NCBI RefSeq assembly: GCF_964204645.1
Contig: NC_134027.1
Coordinates: forward strand, 5,240,485 to 5,304,484
Source of the DNA: Tubulanus polymorphus
Lineage: Eukaryota > Animalia > Nemertea
Length of the DNA stretch: 64,000 nucleotides
Direction: 5' to 3'
In this document: positions 51,932-64,000 of the stretch, one piece after another
Layout: each line of letters starts with the position of its first letter
Position numbering within the stretch: position 1 is the stretch's first letter
Translations under genes and position numbers: made by a program
The notes under the pieces: generated by a model
Told to the model about the DNA's origin: nothing
Database searches by the model: none
The model's input: the letters and a program-made list of their open reading frames with translations, nothing else

Positions 51932-53705
51932 CACCATTTCGATCTCGTGTATAAAGGAAATTGATTTATATTTATCATTTATTTTTTATTTGAAACCTTG
52001 ATACCGGTAATCAAAATAATCAATGTTGAAAACAGGTCAACAATTTTTTTTATGATTTAATTTAATCTTGCCAGGCTAAGGAATCACTACAAAAAGTGTA
52101 AGTACTCGGTAATTGGTCGACTCCCAGATGATGAACAGAAATCGTATATCGGTATCAGAATATAGCGTGTTCACTTTCATGTACTCTTGTTATACACAAA
52201 TCTTGTTTTTATTTTTGATGGAGTATTATTTTTTTCTAATAAAATGGTGCGGGAACTACATATCTTTAAAAAAGCAACTGTAAAGCACCACAAGTATTCT
52301 CAATACTTCAACTTGGCAATACATTTATGTTTGAAATCATGTAAATGTATCAGAGTTTTGGATCACCCATATTTTGTTGAATCATCACTGAGAAAAATAC
52401 TTGTACTAATGACAGTTTTTATCAGTCTCGGATGATATTGACATTATAGTGTTTCTGTTGGCTAGATGCACACACATGGCTGTTGCTTTACTGAATCTAT
52501 ATTGCTATATGTACTCATAGATATAGACTCATACCTACATTGGCTGTCTATAAAATCCCCATGACATTGTATTTGTCATAAATTATCAAAAAGCTATGCA
52601 GGGTTTTATGATGACCGCTATTGCTGAATGGGTCAATATAGAATAATGTTGTGAGTAGTTTAATTGGCTTAATTACTTAACACAGTAACATGAGCACCAG
52701 TAATGAAAACAAGCAATTCGATTAGCGAGTTTAAAGCTACATTTGTATTTTCCAGCAAATTCGATACATCACTCAAAATGTCACAATATGAATGTTTGAA
52801 AATAGTACTTCGTTTTTCATAACTTTTCAGTTGAAGTTTCAATATGGATTTTGATTATTTGTAATATGGTCCTATTTTCTTCTTCAGGTGAAGTTGAAAT
52901 AACAATTCTGTGCTCATCTAAACTATGTTAAGTACTGATGTTATCCACTGCTTATCCGCTATGCTATTCTATCATACTTCACCTGGGACAATAGAATTTC
53001 ATGTGAAATCTATCTGGATGGTCTATGTACTTCACCATGAATATAAAATCTCGAGATTGATAATCAATGACTATAGACTTTCGTCATTCGGTGATAGTGT
53101 GGTAATGAAAGAAAATCATGTCTCATGGTGAGATCAATGCTTTACATTGATATGTTGATTTTCTCAAAAATTCATGAATTACTTCCTGATTTACAATGCG
53201 AGAGGATCTCATCATCTCTTAAATATGTCTGTGTCGTTTCGCTTAGAAAATTATGTGTATCTATCACTCGTCTTAAATTACCAAAGCTCAACGAGTCCAT
53301 GCTTAGGAACTTTTCTAGTTGATGACACTGTTGAGTGTATCATCGATGACTTCATGAACAAATTCTACACTGATTTAAAGGATTGAAGGATTGAATATTT
53401 TTATACAGCTGTATTACTTTAGTTTACAAACACTTAATACTTAATTTATTTTCAATACTATTATGTATATATTCAAAGTAATTGTACTTGCATCAGTTAG
53501 CCGGTATATTTAATAATACATAGTACTTTTTTCAGTCTAATTGGTGATCCAAGAATGTTTACTTTAATGATACCGAATATTGGTAATAGTGAAAATTGTT
53601 ATTACAGAAGAAAAATTATTAAACATGTGAGCACAATACTGTATTTTGAATGAATGCAGAATGGAAGACTCCAATATGATTGTTTAATCCTGGATCTGCC
53701 AATCA

Positions 53706-53954
53706 AGGTGGGCATAGGTCAACTTGCAACGTGATCTGTTGCAGTTGGTCGCGAATGGGTGTGTAGGTAGGCTGCGATGCAATTGTTGGCAACTTGTCAC
53801 TGTCGCCTGTTGGTTTTGACTGGAATGATTGTAGAAAGTAGAACATGCGCGACTTGTTGCGTCACTGGCGATCTTAAGATCGATTGGTCTTTGTGATGTG
53901 ATCTTAGCTGGCACTCGCAGAGAATCATGTCACAAGGCTGACCTACCCCAGCCT
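53706..53954. mobile_element. Degenerate MITE (about 250 bp) with termini related to the 26801 element
   Basis: Left end aggtgggcataggtcaacttg; right-end reverse complement aggctggggtaggtcagccttg; flanks TCA/TTA. It forms a GC-richer island in AT-rich sequence. Confidence 0.55.
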
Positions 53955-54681
53955 TTAGTCTTAATGGTAAATTAATCTTAAAGGATTTTAGTGAAGATAT
54001 TCAAACAATGGGTTACATTTTAATGGTCATGTTTAGGTATTTTACTGTGATGCCATATTAGTAAATTATTATTTCTGTTTGTATTTGTGAAAATTGAAAG
54101 AAGTCTATTGTAAATCTATTGGTCCATGGTTGAACAATAAATCTTTTCTACTGTAATTACATTTTGTTGATTACTGACAGTTTTGTTGAATAGAAGCTTC
54201 ATGTAGATTCATGGATGAAGGTTTTGTGGTGTAAAACATAACCGGCGTCTTCGGATACTACTTTGAATCTTTTCCTTCAAGTCCTTCAAATATGCTGGAT
54301 ATATTCCTGACAGGATCAGATTTCGGAATAGTTAACGAGTAATCATGCATGTGCATTATAACCATTTTATTTTAAATCTATCATTTTTCAAAGATTCCAT
54401 TTTAAATAGATATTTTTCATAATATTAAGAATAAACGACACCCATTCAGTGTATAAAATCATTTCACCCCAAGAATAGATTGCTCTTTAACAGGTTTGGA
54501 CGGAGTCTGTCGATTGAATACGCTTGCACCATTCGCTTAACCAGAAACAGAGATTCTATTTATTTACAGTAGAGGTACCAGATATATTGAAATTGCATTA
54601 GGATGTTTATTGTTGAGATTTAGCAGCCTCGCTGGCCTAAAGATTCTTCAAATCATGTTTTTGGGCATTATTAACATTGGA

Positions 54682-58926
<4,245 letters not shown>

Positions 58927-59394
58927 TTGCGAACCATTTTCCTGCCCTGAAAGTATCCATATGTATTTCATGCACCAGTTAATGAAATGCACTGCTCCCT
59001 TTGGGACAGGAACTCAATGAGAAGCGCCTACTTTCACCCCCTTCTTTCTAGATGCGACCCAGCGGCTAAAAATGTGGATCCCTTGCAGTTAGCGCGTCAT
59101 AGCCTAGTAGTTGTCTGTGTAGGCCTACATAGTAAGACCAAGTTACACTATTGATCTTTGCGATAAATGAGCAGCTTTTGGTTGATTAAATGTCGGTAAT
59201 CAGTCGGTTAATATTAGGCCTAAACTAAAGTGGGAAATATCGCTGTTTTTGGCAGTTTATTCGACAAACTTCAGACACATAGGATTATCGGTAATTTTCA
59301 TGTATTGTCACGATTTCAGCAACCAACCATATTACCGCTAAATCGGTCCTCTCTGGAATAAGTGGTAGACCTCTCTCCTCACTCTCATCAGAGC
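58927..59394. promoter_or_regulatory. Probable bidirectional promoter/5' UTR interval between CFAP100 and RAD52
   Basis: The predicted start codons diverge about 470 bp apart. Transcription start sites cannot be located from sequence. Confidence 0.5.
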
Positions 59395-62300
59395 ATGGAG
59401 TCAGACTCGCATCCATCCACTCTCTCTCCAGGACCAGACAGTGAGTATTGTTTAGATTCATGCTATGACTTTAACTTACTCGATTTTTTACCAAAAACAT
59501 TAGACACGGCTGGAGATGCTCGATCAGATCTGGGAGTTTCTTCTCGAACTTCAATCATGTTGTCGATAGAATTGATATAATTTTGTAAACGAATGGAATA
59601 TTCTTCACTTCCTACTTTGCGTCAACCATACTTGACAACCAATAAACAATTATTGTATAGCTAAATGACGGATCAGTCCAGTCATCAGTCCACAGATGAC
59701 TATTAGTGTATACTAAATCCGGAGGTGGTGGAGGGCTTTTGAAAAATAGTAAATGGTTCAAATTTTACTTTTTGACGGTATTTCAATGTGAACCTGTGCA
59801 TCTATAGGCGTTGTTCTCAGTGTTTACTAATATGGAATCGAGATGTGCACCAAAATTCGGCCAGGTAAACCGTAAAGCAGTCATAAAATTTCAGACATCT
59901 AAAGAAAAGAATCAAAATTAACAAGTGACATAATCATTAATGGCAATGCAAAAAATGAATTAAATAAAAGTTCTTTTTACCTAATTTCATTTAATAGCAT
60001 GCCTACATATATCTCCTGGCTTTATTTCAGACCGAATTTTCGAATGAAGAGCATGCAGCCGTCCAGGCAGCTCTTCGCCAGAAGTTAGGCCCAGAATTCA
60101 TCAGTCAAAGATCTGGCGCTGGAGGCCAAAAGGTAAAACATCAGGCTTACTACGCTTGTAAAATAGCGATATGAAATCATGAGAAGATTATTATCTATTT
60201 AACTTGCTCTATTTGTAGCTCGCTTATGTTGAAGGTTGGAGGCTTATCAATTTAGCTAATGAGACATTTGGATTCAATGGTTGGTCACACTCTGTCACTA
60301 GTCAGACTGTTGGTAAGATTTGAGCATTGTAGGCCTACACTCTTTACATTTTCTCGTTTCATTATGAACTTTACTCCAGTGTGATACTCGCAGGGTTTGC
60401 TAGAATTAATTTCAAGTTACTGCGGATAGGACGAGCATGATAGGGACTGTTATTCAATTTCAGACTTTGTTGATCATCATGATGGAAAGTATTACGTTGG
60501 AGTCAGTGCATTTGTCAAAGTTCAGTTGAAGGTAGATTAATCATCATTTGTATTGAATTATACAATTCCTTGTTTTGTGATGGTGGAAGTACCACCTCGG
60601 CAACAATTTCCACACTGTACAGAATACGATGATGTAGACACAGCCTGCAGTAATTTTTACTTATGATGTTTATTTAAAGGATGGTATTTATCACGAAGAT
60701 GTAGGGTATGGCGTAAGTGAAGGCATGAGGTCCAAGGCTCTTTCGCTTGAGAAGGCTCGAAAAGAAGCCGTAACCGATGGCATGAAGCGAGCCCTGAAGT
60801 AATTTCTCAAAATTATAAATGAAAATTCATCGATTCTTATTTTTGCATGAGAACTTATCTAACATGCATATTATGAATTCTTTAAACAGGAGCTTCGGCA
60901 ATGCCTTGGGCAATTGTTTGGGAGATAAAAATTACCTGAAACTCATTAACAGAGCTCCAAAACCTGTAAGTTAAGTTAGCTCCACATGGAGAAGCTAGAT
61001 GGTTCTGTTTTTCTGAAGATCTTTGAAATATTTGTAATTTTTCAGGTTACCCCGCAGTGTTCGTTACAGGAAATGAAGCATACTTACGAAAATGAAGCAA
61101 TCGCTGCAAATAGATATATAAAGCCTCAGCAACCCACAATTTTCACTACTGTCTCCACACGTCCTCTAGAAAAACCTGTTACGACTGAAGATAATAAAGG
61201 ATTATCATCCGGTAGCGAAACAGACCCTGGCAGTCGGTCGAATAGTCCTAGTTTAATAACAAATCAAGTGGAAAATAATGACATTGGTAGTAAAACAATG
61301 AAACCACCATCATTAGATGATCGACCAATGACAAGACGAAGATCCAGTTTAAGCACGGAATCTACGAAATCGCCAGCCTTTGAAACACCAGCTGCTACAG
61401 ATCATAGTAAAACATGTAACCTATTAACCAAAACTGACAGCATGTATGTGTGTAGGCATTAATCATTGTTGCCTGTTATTGTCCGAATCATTTTTACATG
61501 TGACTCTATTCTGTTTCCATACCGGTAGTTCAAATGTGGATGTAAGTCCGGCTGAGATGGAAAGGTTGGAACGAAAGAAACGACAGGCATTGAAACAACA
61601 AGAATTCCGAAAAAAGATGACCAAGCAAAACATCGGTTCCAGTCCTCAACTTAATCGGTCGTCAAGTCCCGAGAAACATAGTAAAGATATTCCAGAAGGT
61701 TTGTTTAAATCCAAAAATAGATCATTTAGAAATGAAGGCAAACTGAATCAATCATTTAAAAACAACAATTATTCATTGTGTTATTTTAGATAACCCAATC
61801 CCAGTAGCAACGTCAACTCAATCAGTGAATGATAAAATCACAGATCCTTTACTTGCTCCAGATTGTTTTGGTGAGTCGCATTCAATTGTAATATTCCAGA
61901 AATAGAGATGTATGTTTAATTATATTTGTTGTAGATATTTGAACAGGGTATCGTTCAATATTGATGTACTGGTAGCAAATGCAATAGCTTTACTATGTAT
62001 TTAAGGTAAAAAGACAGGTCCTCTTGAATTCAGTCCACTACCAGATGGAGGTATTGCATATTTTCAATTAGGCTTGTACCTCTGCTTGGTGTACTGTAGC
62101 ATTCCTTGATTTACAGAAGTTGATGCTTTGATGCACTTTTTCCTATGCATTATTCTAACCTTTTTAAACATCTCTGCAATTGGAATTGATAATTTGAATG
62201 GAAATTGATAGTTGAAAAAATTTGAATGCATGTTGAAAAATGAATATTTGATTTCAGATGAGTCCGGTTTATGGGATGCTTTAGCTATGGCTGATGCTCT

Positions 62301-62578
62301 TGGCGATGATAACGCAACTGATTCAACTAGTCACAATAACAAAGCCGCCTGTAGTCATCGAATAACACGTAGTCATCATCCTGTAAATGAAGGAGTGGTT
62401 TTAATGGACCATATATTTCCTGTAACTAAAACGTTACAGTCAAGTCCACGGAGTAGTCTCGGTGAGCTTTCACTCTCTTTACCGCCTCTGTTGTTTGCTG
62501 TGTTTATTCGAAGAATAAAACTATCCCATCTTTTTTTCAGCAACAAAGAAAAGACGGTTAGAACATAAAGCACAATAG
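59395..62578 (+). CDS. RAD52: DNA repair protein RAD52 homolog, multi-exon
   Basis: FGQ|[34 protein letters not shown]|[26 protein letters not shown]; [14 protein letters not shown]|[40 protein letters not shown]|[10 protein letters not shown]; [13 protein letters not shown]; C-terminal basic NLS-like [11 protein letters not shown]. The upstream exon 59395-59440 splices in frame to 59821; an alternative start is ATG 59832. Confidence 0.95.
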
Positions 62579-63538
62579 AAGGGGTAAAACCATCTCTATG
62601 AAATGTTTTAGTTAATTTGATATGTAAGGTACACCCCTAACTTAAATGCAAATCAAACATACAGTTAAACTTGGTTCTGTCGTAATCATCACTTCAAGAT
62701 GTCATAAAATGTCACTTCATCTCTATTTTTTAGTCTCATTTTTACATGTACATGTATTTCCAATTACATTTACTGAGTGGTAGTCATCACCATAATGATG
62801 GTCCCGACTGACAATTTAGGCAAATACTGGTATAATAGCTGTATCTTATTTATTTATAATGTCAGATAACTTATCTCCGAGTGTATGATAATTTTGTATT
62901 ATATAATGAAAAGCAAGTGTGTGAACTTTGAAATGACTGTTTTATAATCTATTGCAATGCTTCAGAGTGATTGTGGACTTAAGTGATTTATGAACTGGTA
63001 TAAAGGAAATCAAGTGTATTTTCCTAGATACATGATTAGTTCAAATTGGTAGGTCAATGAAATTAGTCAGAAATACTAATGGTTTCAATATTTCATTGTG
63101 CATTGTCATACCTGTTCCTTTAAAACCTGTTTTACGCTATAGGTTGTCTTCAAACAAGTTTCCTTTTGTAATAGAACAGTTGGCTACCTTTTTATGCATT
63201 TGTGATACAGGCTACTCAGAATGCATGTTTCAGAGCTTCTTGCATTGAATTTTGTGTGATTTAGTTTTTTATTTTATTTTTCACATTGACCATGCAGCCA
63301 TATGTATTATATACATGTACATACACATATAATTGTTTTCTATTTTTAAGCCATAGTTTTACATGAATAAATGAAAAATAGAAATAAGACGTTTTAGAGT
63401 TCTTTATTGTCTAAATGAAGATGTAGATCATGAAATATTGCGGGTTCAAATGGTTGTGGAATGCTTGATTTTCTAAAAGGATCATGATTTTCAAAACTGG
63501 CTGTGCTGCTTTTACTGCACCATAAGGTGCTGCCACTA

Positions 63539-63945
63539 TGAACAGACTCTGGCAATCAACGTGCAGCCTAGGCCTTTTTATGAACACTCGATTAGTATAT
63601 TCGAGTATGCAAAACGTTTTTATGAGCATGGATTATGTCATAATCCGTCATTTTTATGAACATTGGTTATCATAATCGATTAGCATACTCAGCATACTCG
63701 CTCGGCGAGCAAGTATGCCGATTATCTAATCCAACCGATATGGTGTTCTCGGTAGAAGTCGCTGCTGAGTAGGCCATAATTGAATAATTTCTACCTGGCG
63801 TTTTTATCAACCAACATACCCGGTTATGCTAATTGACACTAATCGGCTATATAATCTAAATAGCTAATCTATTTCGATTTTGCTGGTTCATAAAAAGGCC
63901 TACGTTGTGTATAATTGTTGCCCATTGATTGCCAGAGTCGGTTCA
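63539..63945. mobile_element. Foldback/MITE-like element (about 400 bp) with imperfect long inverted termini
   Basis: tgaacagactctggcaatcaa...taggccttttta tgaac (63539-63585) is the reverse complement of gttcataaaaaggccta...ttgattgccagagtcggttca (63887-63945), apart from an indel. Internal cgattag/ctaatcg motifs. Confidence 0.6.
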
Positions 63946-64000
63946 GTGTTAGTGTATGAAAGATCCGCTAACGATAAATCTAGCGGCAGCACCAAATGGT

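Noticed and set aside
63411-63629. 72-aa minus-strand ORF as the last exon of a downstream gene
   Set aside because: It overlaps the inverted terminus of a foldback element and has no recognisable protein features. It cannot be fully excluded because the window ends nearby.

Overview
AT-rich, intron-containing eukaryotic DNA from an invertebrate metazoan (short GT-AG introns; the species cannot be determined from the sequence). Most entries in the supplied ORF track are spurious or are exon fragments, so I rebuilt gene models by hand from splice sites and reading-frame phases. The genes, in order, are: a 3-exon tandem-MATH/TRAF-domain plus coiled-coil gene (+); an SLC18B1-like MFS transporter (-) followed by its decayed tandem duplicate; an 8-exon gene for a leaderless PDZ + IL-1-like beta-trefoil protein (+); WDR59 of GATOR2 (+); the GDP-fucose transporter SLC35C1 (+); CFAP100/CCDC37 (-); and RAD52 (+), head-to-head with CFAP100. 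There are also several MITE-type elements, an 80-bp-arm palindrome and small tandem duplications. Two observations stand out. (1) The PDZ-IL-1-like gene matches vertebrate IL-1beta in motif order and in two intron positions and phases. (2) The 5.3-kb interval inside WDR59 holds at least five dissimilar candidate exons, all phase 0->1, which is the structure expected of a mutually exclusive exon cassette. All models are manual predictions; no database searches or transcript data were available.
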